Shown here: positions 23,423 through 31,062 of the stretch, one piece after another
Position numbering within the stretch: position 1 is the stretch's first letter
Layout: each line of letters opens with the position of its first letter
Assembly (NCBI RefSeq): GCF_000015805.1
Contig: NC_009073.1
Span: 360,001 to 392,000 of the forward strand
Source of the DNA: Pyrobaculum calidifontis JCM 11548
GTDB taxonomy: Archaea > Thermoproteota > Thermoprotei > Thermoproteales > Thermoproteaceae
Direction of reading: 5' to 3'
DNA length: 32,000 nt
Program-made: the position numbers and the translations under genes
Notes under the pieces: generated by a model
What the model was told of the DNA's origin: nothing
The model's input: the letters and a program-made list of their open reading frames with translations, nothing else
Database searches by the model: none

Positions 23423-23635
23423 GTGGAGACAATCGACGTCAGCGGCCAGCAGTGCCCCGACCCGTTGAAAAACGTAGCGTCGGCACTAGCCGCGGCGCCG
23501 CAGGGAGCCAGATTTAAGATTGTCACAGACGACTACGTCTGCTACATGATGCTGAGGCGGCTCATGGCCCTCAACGAGGTGAAAATTTTAGAGGCAACGG
23601 AGGAGGGACCCTACATATTAATAGTTGAAAAATAG
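23423..23635 (+). CDS. TusA-like sulfurtransferase (canonical CP.P motif)
   Basis: The GTG 23423 start gives 70 aa: VETIDVSGQQCPDPLKNVASALAAAPQGARFKIVTDD... This is the GxxCPxP active-site motif plus the G..(h).(h)..D strand. The 5' part of the track ORF (23297-) overlaps the DUF59 gene out of frame. Confidence 0.7.
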   Translation: METIDVSGQQCPDPLKNVASALAAAPQGARFKIVTDDYVCYMMLRRLMALNEVKILEATEEGPYILIVEK

Positions 23636-23644
23636 GGGACGGCG

Positions 23645-24089
23645 TTGGAGACTTTCCCGGCCATGGCGTTGAAGAAGGCCGCGGGAGACAAAGACGTTGA
23701 GCTCTTCTTGGCCGAGCTCGTGGCAGAGCGTTTAGACCCGCCCAACAGGGTTAAGGTGTACGTGGAATTGGCAGTGAGGTACCTCGCTGAGGCCGAGGAG
23801 CTTTATGCGAGGGGCGACCTCTTGCAGGCTGGGGTACTGGGGAGCCGTGGCGGCTCTCTTAAACGCAGTGGCGGAGAAGAGAGGGCGCCCCCACTACACT
23901 CACAGAGACTACGCCGTGTTGATAGACGAGCTGTATGAGGAGACTGGCGATAGGGAGCTCGTGGTATGGTTCGGCATGGCGGAGCGGCTCCACGTAAACT
24001 TCTACCCCAAATTCATGGGGAAGAGGCAGTTCGACCTACACAGAGAGGCCGTCCTCAAACTGGTGGAAAAACTAAAGGCGTTAGTTTGA
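23645..24089 (+). pseudogene. PaREP1-like helical protein interrupted by a +1 frameshift at a G4 run
   Basis: ORF 23645-23938 reads ...VRYLAEAEELYARGDLLQAG and then nonsense-like sequence. ORF 23805-24089 reads ...YWGAVAALLNAVAEKRGRPHYTHRDYAVLIDELYEE...LHVNFY... The two join at gctGGGGtac (23831-23834). G3 would give LQAGYWGAVAALL in one frame. Confidence 0.6.
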
Positions 24090-24189
24090 CCTCTGCGACG
24101 TTGGAAGGCCACCTAGCGCCTTCTAAGCCGCGCCCCATCGTTAGCAAGCCCCGCTGGTAACGCCTTTATATACGGGGTATTGTTAATGC

Positions 24190-24750
24190 ATGGAGTCCGG
24201 CAGTCTGGTCAAATACGAAGGAAAGTTCTACAGGCTGTTGCACCCTAGGCCGACGCTGGTGATTGTGTCTAAGTGCCCTGGGGGCAGGGTGAACCTCATG
24301 CCGGCCTCGTGGAATACTCCCGTGAGCGAGGACCCGCCGACGGTGGCCGTGGCGGTGGACAAGTCGGCCTACACCCACGAGTGCCTCCAGTACCACAAGA
24401 GGGCCACTCTCAACGTGTTGCCCATAGATGCCGCCGATTTGATATACCGCCTGGGCTCCGTCAGTGGGCGAGAGATGGACAAGTCCGCGGCCGTGAAGCT
24501 GGAGCCCTCGCAGTACGTGGACGTGCCCAGGGTGGCCGGGGCCCTCGCCGTCTACGAGGCCGAGGTGTACAAGGAGGTGGAGGTGGGCGAGGTAGTGTTG
24601 TACATATTCCGCGTGGTTGCCACGTGGGCCGCGGCGGGCGTGGCGGACCAGTGGGGCTTCGACTTCAAAAAGGTGAATATACCGCTCCACGGGGCTGGGA
24701 GAGCCTTCTACAAGGTGGACCCCCGCCCAGTGTTTGCCAAAAAGCCGTAG
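24190..24750 (+). CDS. flavin reductase-like FMN-binding domain protein
   Basis: HPRPTLVIVSKCPGGRVNLMPASWNTPVSEDPPTVAVAV matches the flavin reductase-like domain pattern (RP..LV......G..N.M..SW..P.S.DPP). TATA-like tttatatac lies about 20-25 nt upstream. Confidence 0.8.
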   Translation: MESGSLVKYEGKFYRLLHPRPTLVIVSKCPGGRVNLMPASWNTPVSEDPPTVAVAVDKSAYTHECLQYHKRATLNVLPIDAADLIYRLGSVSGREMDKSAAVKLEPSQYVDVPRVAGALAVYEAEVYKEVEVGEVVLYIFRVVATWAAAGVADQWGFDFKKVNIPLHGAGRAFYKVDPRPVFAKKP

Positions 24751-25955
24751 GCCGCCTGCGGCGCGGCGGCTGCAAGAGGCGGAGGGCGCAGAAACACCTG
24801 CCTAACCCCGCTTAGCCGCCTCTCCCCCACGACGACGAAGAGGACCTCTCTAAAGACGGCCCTGGCCTCCCTAGCCGCCGCGGGGGAGAAGGCGTCGTCT
24901 TCCCCGTCTGTGACCACCACAAGGCTGTACCCCCTCAACCTCTCCCTCGCCGCCTCCTCAGCCGCGGCCTCCACCGCCCTAGATATGTCAGTCCCCCCGC
25001 CCGCCCACGCCCTAGAGAGGACGTCCACCAAGTCGCCGAGCTCCTCCACTCTGTGCACCTCCACGTCGAAAAACCGAAGCCTCGCCCTCTTGTACCGCTT
25101 AAGCACAGCCAAGGCGAAGGCAGTGGCGAGGGCGATCTTCTCCACGCCCCCCACCGCGCTGTACATAGAGCCAGACTTGTCCACTAAGAGGAATACGCCG
25201 CTGTCCCCCCTCGCCCTGGGCCTCCTCACGGGCAAAGTAGAAGAGGCGGCCTTGTGGAGAAACACGGGGAGCGCCCCCACGAAGAGGGCCCTGGCGTATG
25301 CCACAGCCCTCTTAACTCTGGCAAAAGAGCCGTGAGCCACCTCAAACTCTGCCCCAGGCCCCTCCACCCTCCCCACGTCGCCCAGAGGGTCTCCCAAGAG
25401 AGCGGAGAGGTCCACGGCCTTCGCGAGAAGGGAGGCCAGGCGGGCCCTCCTGGGGTCGGAGGCGGTGGAGAGGGCAAGGGAGGCGGGGTCGCCCCTCCTC
25501 CCCCTGCCCAACACCTCGCCCAGCTTTTTAAAGACACGGTGTAGCTCAGACACGTCGGCTGGGTCGCCGAAGAGCCTCCTCAGTTGCCGCATGGCCTCAA
25601 CCCACGCCTCCTGGCTCCCTCTCCCAAACCACGCCCTGCCCCTCCTCTCAAGCGAGAGGAGGTACGACTCAAATGCCCTTAGAAGCCTCACGGCGGCCTC
25701 CCGAGAGGCCCTGTGGTTGAGCCTACAGAGGGGGGCAACCGCCGAGTAGTAAGACGAATTTACGTAGAGGCGGACAAACCTCGCCCAGACCTCGTTCCCC
25801 GCCCGCCCCCCAAAGATGGGCCTCCTGTAGTGCAAGTAGTACGCGTCCACGGCCTCCTCCACCCCCACCGCCTTGACCCCGGCCCGCCTCAAGACGTCGC
25901 GCCCCCGCGCCAGAGAGAGGGAGTCCCCGTAGTCCACGTTGAGAAGCAGGCCCAC
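24708..25955 (-). CDS. von Willebrand factor type A (VWA) domain protein with a ~240-aa N-terminal extension
   Basis: MIDAS motif VFLLVDKSGSM, then GGTDI and VVVTDGED further on. The 3' end overlaps the convergent flavin reductase gene by 43 nt. Confidence 0.8.
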   Translation of the reverse strand: MGLLLNVDYGDSLSLARGRDVLRRAGVKAVGVEEAVDAYYLHYRRPIFGGRAGNEVWARFVRLYVNSSYYSAVAPLCRLNHRASREAAVRLLRAFESYLLSLERRGRAWFGRGSQEAWVEAMRQLRRLFGDPADVSELHRVFKKLGEVLGRGRRGDPASLALSTASDPRRARLASLLAKAVDLSALLGDPLGDVGRVEGPGAEFEVAHGSFARVKRAVAYARALFVGALPVFLHKAASSTLPVRRPRARGDSGVFLLVDKSGSMYSAVGGVEKIALATAFALAVLKRYKRARLRFFDVEVHRVEELGDLVDVLSRAWAGGGTDISRAVEAAAEEAARERLRGYSLVVVTDGEDDAFSPAAAREARAVFREVLFVVVGERRLSGVRQVFLRPPPLAAAAPQAAYGFLANTGRGSTL

Positions 25956-25985
25956 GCCGCCCAGGTGAGGTGGTGGATATAAGAG

Positions 25986-26405
25986 TTACAACGCCAAAAC
26001 TCCCACGAGAGATAGGGAGAGGGCCAGCCAGAGGAGGTACTTGCCCCACTCCACTCTGCCTCCGGCGAGGCGCCGCGCCAGTGGGTGGTACTTCGCCAGC
26101 TGGGCATAGAAGAACAACACCACATGCACAACCCCCACGAAGAGCAAGGCGTAGGACAGGCCGTGGGCCCCGGCGACCGCCGGCGTCAACACGCCGTACC
26201 CCGCGGCTAGGAAAAAGAGGGCTGGGTAAGACAGCGCGGCGACAAGCGCCACGTCCACGGCCGCAGAGGCTAGGCGGTCTAAGTAGTCGGGGGGCGGAGA
26301 GGCGACCGCCTCGGGAGGCAACAGGGGTCGCCCAGCCGCGGCGAGGGCAGACGCCACAAGCACGGCCCCCCAATACGTTGCATATGTCGCATAGACATTT
26401 CTCAC
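25986..26405 (-). CDS. small integral membrane protein (about 4 TM helices)
   Basis: 139 aa, GTG start, very hydrophobic (WGAVLVASALAAA, VDVALVAALSYPALFFLAAGYGVL, LSYALLFVGVVHVVLFFY, YLLWLALSLSLVGVLAL). Same strand as the VWA gene and 30 nt upstream of it. Confidence 0.6.
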   Translation of the reverse strand: MRNVYATYATYWGAVLVASALAAAGRPLLPPEAVASPPPDYLDRLASAAVDVALVAALSYPALFFLAAGYGVLTPAVAGAHGLSYALLFVGVVHVVLFFYAQLAKYHPLARRLAGGRVEWGKYLLWLALSLSLVGVLAL

Positions 26406-26408
26406 AGC

Positions 26409-26432
26409 TTTTAAAAAGGGCCGTTTTTATAA
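26409..26432. promoter_or_regulatory. two interdigitated TATA elements serving divergent leaderless genes
   Basis: ttttaaaaa (26409-26417) is centred 23 nt upstream of ATG 26436 (+ gene). tttttataa (26424-26432) is centred 23 nt upstream of the minus-strand GTG at 26405. Confidence 0.5.
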
Positions 26433-26435
26433 GCC

Positions 26436-27650
26436 ATGCTCGCAATAGAGGGAGGAGCGCCCGTCCGCAGAGAACCCATTGTGGCAAAACCCGTGGTTTA
26501 CAGCGAGGAGCTGGTGCAGGCAATCGCCGAGATTCTCAAGTCGGGCGTCCTCACAGCACAGCACGGCAAGTGGGTAAAGGCCTTTGAGGCAGAGCTAGCC
26601 GCCTACTTGGGAGTGAGACACGTGGCCGCCGTCTCCAACGGCACCACTGCGCTACACGTCGCCCTCAAGGCAATCGGCGTGGGGCCAGGGGACGAGGTTA
26701 TAACGACCCCCTTCACCTTCGCCGCGTCGGCCACCGCCATATTACACGCAAACGCCGTCCCCATATTCGCCGACATAGACAGAGAAACCCTCAACCTAGA
26801 CCCCGCCTCAGTGGAGGAGAAGATAACCGAGAGGACAAAGGCCATAGTGGTGGTACACCTCGCCGGCATGCCCGCGGAGATGGACCAGCTCATGAAAATC
26901 GCCGAGAGGTACGGGGTAAAAGTAGTAGAAGACACGGCGCAGGCCCTCGGCGCAGAGTACCGCGGCCGCAAGGTGGGGGCCATAGGCCACATCTCCACCT
27001 TCAGCCTATACGCCACCAAGCACATAACCTCAGGCGAGGGAGGCGCCGTCGCAACCGACGTGACAGCCTACGCGGAGAGGGCCAAGCTGATAAGGGCCCA
27101 CGGAGAGGTGGGAAAGTACAGCTACGAAATACTCGGCTACAACTACCGCATGACAGAGATCCAAGGCGCCATAGCCTACCACCAGCTCAAACAACTGCCA
27201 GAAATGCAGAAGAGGCGCGAGGCCTACGTCAAGGCCCTACTCGACGAGCTGGCGCCGCTGGAGGGCGACCTGCTGACAATACCCAAGCCCAAGCCGTACA
27301 TGAAGCACGCCTGGCACCTAGTCCAAATACTCCTCGCCATGGAAAAGCTCCGCAAGCCAAGGGACTGGGTCGTAGAGGCCATAAGGGCAGAGGGCGTGGG
27401 AAACATCTACGTCGCCTACCCAACCCCCCTCTACAAAACCCCCCTCTTCCAACGCCGCGAGGGACACGGCCTGGGATGCCCCTGGACCTGCCCCTACTAC
27501 AAAGGCAAGGCCCAGTACGAGCCGCTGCCAAACGCCGAGTGGGCCGCCGAGAGAGTAGCCACACTCCTCGTAATGCCAAACCTCACAGAACAAGACGCCG
27601 CAGACACCGCCACCGCCATCAAAAAAGTCCTCAACGCCGTGCGGAGATAG
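26436..27650 (+). CDS. DegT/DnrJ/EryC1/StrS-family PLP-dependent (sugar) aminotransferase
   Basis: 404 aa. AVSNGTTALHVAL, VVEDTAQALGA, and the FSLYATKHITSGEGG motif with the PLP-binding Lys. Confidence 0.9.
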   Translation: MLAIEGGAPVRREPIVAKPVVYSEELVQAIAEILKSGVLTAQHGKWVKAFEAELAAYLGVRHVAAVSNGTTALHVALKAIGVGPGDEVITTPFTFAASATAILHANAVPIFADIDRETLNLDPASVEEKITERTKAIVVVHLAGMPAEMDQLMKIAERYGVKVVEDTAQALGAEYRGRKVGAIGHISTFSLYATKHITSGEGGAVATDVTAYAERAKLIRAHGEVGKYSYEILGYNYRMTEIQGAIAYHQLKQLPEMQKRREAYVKALLDELAPLEGDLLTIPKPKPYMKHAWHLVQILLAMEKLRKPRDWVVEAIRAEGVGNIYVAYPTPLYKTPLFQRREGHGLGCPWTCPYYKGKAQYEPLPNAEWAAERVATLLVMPNLTEQDAADTATAIKKVLNAVRR

Positions 27651-28000
27651 CTATCTCACACTATTGAAGCCCAGTGGAGGACTATGTAAATTGGCCCCAG
27701 GCCAGCGTAAGAGAGTTTTAGTAGAGCGGGGGATTCACGGGTTGAATTTGAACAAGCGGCAGGGGGTCCTAGCATATGTGGAAAATGGCTACTTGTTTGT
27801 ACCCCTGGCGCATCTACACGGCTCTGCCCCAGGAGAAGTAAGGTCATGGGATGCGGCACGAGGAGTCCCATAGCCCTGATATGAGGCCCAAGTTTACTCC
27901 ACATGAATATCTGCGGAGCAGTAACGCCCTACAGAGCGCTCGGCCAGCAACCACGCTCGTAACTTATGAGAAACCCCAGCGCAAGCCCGGCGCGGCGGGG

Positions 28001-28891
28001 TCAGATCTTTATCTCCACGTTGTCCAAGGGCAGGCGGTCTCCGTATATACGCCTCACGTTCTCCACGGAGATCTTGTACAAATCATCCACCGAGAGAACG
28101 CCGCGTTGTACATACTGCCTAAGCTTCGACACGAGAGTCCACGGGGGGATCACGGCGCCAGGCCTCGACCTATCGTCAATGTAGTCGCTCTCCACCACAA
28201 AGACGGGGCCAGCCCTCAGCGCCTCCTCAAACTCGCCCCTCCTCCCCAAGGGGACAGAAGGGGAGAGGCCCCTAGACCACGCATAGCCCGCCAAGGCCCC
28301 CTCGATGTGGTGCATGACTACCCGCTCCGGCCTCGTCCCCGCCCTCTTGACCAGCTCAGCCACCGAGGCCACAGTCGCCGCGCCACTACGCTCCAAGTGT
28401 AGGTGAACAACCGCGCCCACGTCCCGCGCCCGCTCCAACACATAGAGGAGGACCCTGTTACACAGCTCCACGACCCCCCTCTCCACAGGCCAGTGAGGCC
28501 GCCCAAACTCCCCCAGCCCAACCGCCCTCCCCTCTTCCACATACCTCGCCGCCAGGTCCACAGCCCACCGCATAAACTCCTCCACCTCCCCCGCCCCCCA
28601 CCCAGCCTCCAAAAGCCTCACACACTCCGCCGGGTGGACCCCCACAACAGCCCCAGAAACAAGCCCAGCCCCCCTAGCCACCCCCACATTCCCCACCGTG
28701 TGGTCGTACAGTCTAGCAACCCAATCCCTATCCCCAGGCCGCCCCCCAATAGACCAAGTCAACAAAGACACAAACACAATGCCAATCCCACCAGCCGCCT
28801 TAAACCGCCTAACCACCTCCACAGCCCCAAGCCCCGCCACCTCATTCGCATGAGCATGGTTATCAAAGACCACGGAAAGAAAGACCCCCAA
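28001..28891 (-). CDS. TatD-like / amidohydrolase-superfamily metal-dependent hydrolase
   Basis: The N-terminal VFDNHAHANE (D.H.H metal motif) and later H/E/D positions are consistent with a TIM-barrel metallohydrolase. The start is ambiguous (TTG 28891 or GTG 28873). Confidence 0.65.
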   Translation of the reverse strand: MGVFLSVVFDNHAHANEVAGLGAVEVVRRFKAAGGIGIVFVSLLTWSIGGRPGDRDWVARLYDHTVGNVGVARGAGLVSGAVVGVHPAECVRLLEAGWGAGEVEEFMRWAVDLAARYVEEGRAVGLGEFGRPHWPVERGVVELCNRVLLYVLERARDVGAVVHLHLERSGAATVASVAELVKRAGTRPERVVMHHIEGALAGYAWSRGLSPSVPLGRRGEFEEALRAGPVFVVESDYIDDRSRPGAVIPPWTLVSKLRQYVQRGVLSVDDLYKISVENVRRIYGDRLPLDNVEIKI

Positions 28892-28987
28892 TAAAAAAGA
28901 TCTGGTGCACCCCCCTTTCTATACTAAATTAAAACGTTAAATACATGTCAAGGTTTATCCACGAGAAAGGTACAAGACGCATTTGAC

Positions 28988-29131
28988 ATGCTCAAGGTAG
29001 TAAAGAAATACGAAACATACATGACAGTCGTGAAATTCGCCAAGCTAGCCATAGCTGGAGCCCTAATAGTACTTGCATTAACAGGTGTATTACCATTAAA
29101 CGACGGTAATACAAAATTCGAGAAACTCTAA
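28988..29131 (+). CDS. possible 47-aa single-pass membrane peptide
   Basis: ATG...TAA ORF below the track's size cutoff: MLKVVKKYETYMTVVKFAKLAIAGALIVLALTGVLPLNDGNTKFEKL. It lies in an A/T-rich patch and overlaps the convergent ATPase stop by 4 nt. It could be a chance ORF. Confidence 0.25.
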   Translation: MLKVVKKYETYMTVVKFAKLAIAGALIVLALTGVLPLNDGNTKFEKL

Positions 29132-30135
29132 AACCGTACACTTTCAGCGCAATACTTCTCTAATTTTTCCAGCTCTTCAGAAGAGCCAATATTCACAATA
29201 ACTAAGAAGTCAACATAATCTTGAAATGCATAGAGGATGTAAAAATAGTCATAAATCTCATCTTCGCTGAGGTTGAGGAGACCGCTTACCACTAGGTACC
29301 TCACATTAGGTAGTTCTCTCCGTTCCAGTCTATTCCATAACTCGAAGAATGTGTGAAATGTTGATACAACTACTTCTTGGTCGCTTTTAATTTCTAGACC
29401 CCTGTACGAGGTCCACGGACCTATCTGTAGGAAAATAGCCTCATCTTTGATATTTGATAGAATCTTCACCACTTTTTTCACACTAGGTGCTCCTAAACAA
29501 ATCGTGCTTTTTAGAGGGACCTCAACTCCAAGCTTGTCGTCTATGATGATTTCCTGGTGTCCGCGGGTGCCAGCCATTGTTATGTATATTATCCCCTCAC
29601 CTTCTACTATGTCAAATATGTAGCGGGGGCCAGGGGGTCTCTTCCGGGACTTCTCCAGCTGGAAATAGCGGATTAAATGTCCTACGCTGTTTATCTTATA
29701 CCACACGTGGACTACGTGGTCCGCTATGTAGTGTAAGTTTCGGGGCTCCTCCTCAGCCACGAGGATGACCGGCCGGTCCCTCGAGATTTGGTAGAAGACA
29801 GAGTGGGCCAGCTTCTCCAGCGAGGGAATAGAGGAGGCCAGGCCGTTCACTGAGTCGACGACCACGGCGTCGTACTCGTGGGCGTGTTCCAGCACATACT
29901 TGGCAATGTCCTCCCTAAAGGCCCTGGGGAAGTCCAAGAAGGCGAACTTTTCCGGGCTGGCCCCCACCCGCTTCGCCGCGAGGGTTAGAAAGTTGGGCCC
30001 CTCAGTCGTGGATATCCACATCACCCTGTTGCCCACAGTGTCGGCAAGTCTCATCGCTATGGAGGTCTTCCCGGCACCGGGAGGGCCGTAGATAAGGGTA
30101 AGCCCTTCGCGCACCACCTCAGCCAGCTCGCTCAC
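29128..30135 (-). CDS. KaiC/RecA-superfamily ATPase with an unrecognised C-terminal domain
   Basis: Walker A LIYGPPGAGKTS and Walker B-like YDAVVVDSVNG, as in archaeal KaiC/Rad55-like single-domain ATPases. The C-terminal ~150 aa have no Walker motifs and are encoded by much more A/T-rich DNA. Confidence 0.75.
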   Translation of the reverse strand: MSELAEVVREGLTLIYGPPGAGKTSIAMRLADTVGNRVMWISTTEGPNFLTLAAKRVGASPEKFAFLDFPRAFREDIAKYVLEHAHEYDAVVVDSVNGLASSIPSLEKLAHSVFYQISRDRPVILVAEEEPRNLHYIADHVVHVWYKINSVGHLIRYFQLEKSRKRPPGPRYIFDIVEGEGIIYITMAGTRGHQEIIIDDKLGVEVPLKSTICLGAPSVKKVVKILSNIKDEAIFLQIGPWTSYRGLEIKSDQEVVVSTFHTFFELWNRLERRELPNVRYLVVSGLLNLSEDEIYDYFYILYAFQDYVDFLVIVNIGSSEELEKLEKYCAESVRF

Positions 30136-30210
30136 GCCCCTTCTCTCCTCTCGCTTTTTATTCTTTTTGGTGTAGCACGGTGGGTGTAACGCCTCAGCCC
30201 GAGGATGCTA

Positions 30211-30848
30211 CTAGTATTCGCGTTGTATCAAGCCTAACAGCTCTAGGTCAACGTTGGCGAGCCTGATGTAGGGCTTGCCTTTGTTGTGTCTCACTTTCAC
30301 TTTCCTCTCTACGCCCCTTTCGCCGTATATGGCGTTTATGGCCCTGGCGATGACTTCAGCGGCCTTGCTTACAATCATTACCCAACAGTCACCGTATATC
30401 CTGCCCGCCGCCCTTCACCTCTCCTTTGTCCTTACGGCGAAGTGGGACATACTCAGCATAGAAAGTGCACGCATACATCTCGTCGACGGCTCCATGCCGA
30501 GCATGCCTCCGCCGCTTGAGGTAGCTCTATGCTTACACCACGCGCCTTTCCCAAGATGAACTCCGTCAGCTTGTTGAGGTAGTGAACGAATTTTACAAAG
30601 TTGTACTGTAGGGAGTCCTCCACGACCACTTTCACATCAGGCATCTTCCAGAGCTTGGCCGATGCGATGTAGCGCTGGGGGTCCTCCAACTTTAGGCCAA
30701 GGAAGTCGTAGACAAACTTGGCGTAGGCATTTTCGCTATACGACCCGTCGGACTTGAGGCCGCCGAGGGCGATCTCTCTTACGTGCTCTGGGTGCTCTGC
30801 TATAACTCTCCTATGCAGAAGCCTTATCTCGGCATGGTACAGCTCCAA
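30211..30848 (-). pseudogene. frame-disrupted ORF series (probable decayed gene of unknown family)
   Basis: ORF 30848-30453 (131 aa) has a nonsense-like tail. Two further minus-strand frames continue with protein-like sequence (HGAVDEMYACTFYAEYVPLRRKDKGEVKGGGQD, then IYGDCWVMIVSKAAEVIARAINAIYGERGVERKVKVRHNKGKPYIRLANVDLELLGLIQREY, with a stop at 30211-30213). Another open stretch lies upstream (to about 30990). Confidence 0.35.
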
Positions 30849-31062
30849 AGCCTAGACGTGAGCTTGTTAAGAGTAATCCTCAAAGAAGTTCTGTAAATCG
30901 CCGAGGGCAATCTCCAGCCTTGAAGTCTGGACAAAGACCGGCACCGTCAAAGCCAGCTCGACGACCGGCCTTTGCGGCGCTTACGCAGATAACAAATGCG
31001 GTAAAGCACGTAGTAAGGTACGCCAGATAGTTAACTGTATACAAGTATCAAATTCTCAGGTT

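Noticed and set aside
24166-24815. ORFs 24166-24690 (-) and 24273-24815 (+) overlapping the flavin reductase gene
   Set aside because: The translations are Arg/Gly/His-rich with no motifs, whereas the 24190-24750 frame carries a clear flavin-reductase signature and a correctly spaced TATA element.
25723-26523. 266-aa minus-strand ORF spanning the VWA start, the membrane-protein gene and the DegT start
   Set aside because: The product is extremely Arg/Pro/Gly-rich and low in complexity. It overlaps three better-supported features in other frames and crosses an obvious divergent promoter. This is typical of spurious open frames in GC-rich DNA.
27855-27950. RNase P RNA-like motifs (GAGGAGUCCCAUAGCCC resembling CR-I GAGGAAAGUCC..CAUAG, and UACAGAGCGCUCGGCC resembling CR-V ACAGAA...GGCUUA)
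   Set aside because: Neither motif matches the universally conserved positions. The would-be P4 strands do not pair cleanly (GAG-U-CCC versus GCGCUC leaves a central mismatch), and I could not build P1-P3. The region is kept only as an unassigned ncRNA candidate.
27851-28894. Plus-strand ORFs 27851-28402 (183 aa) and 28403-28894 (163 aa)
   Set aside because: Both are antisense to the TatD-like gene and have Pro/His/Arg-rich, repetitive translations (for example PPNRPSQQRHKHNANP). They have no start context and are judged to be shadow ORFs.
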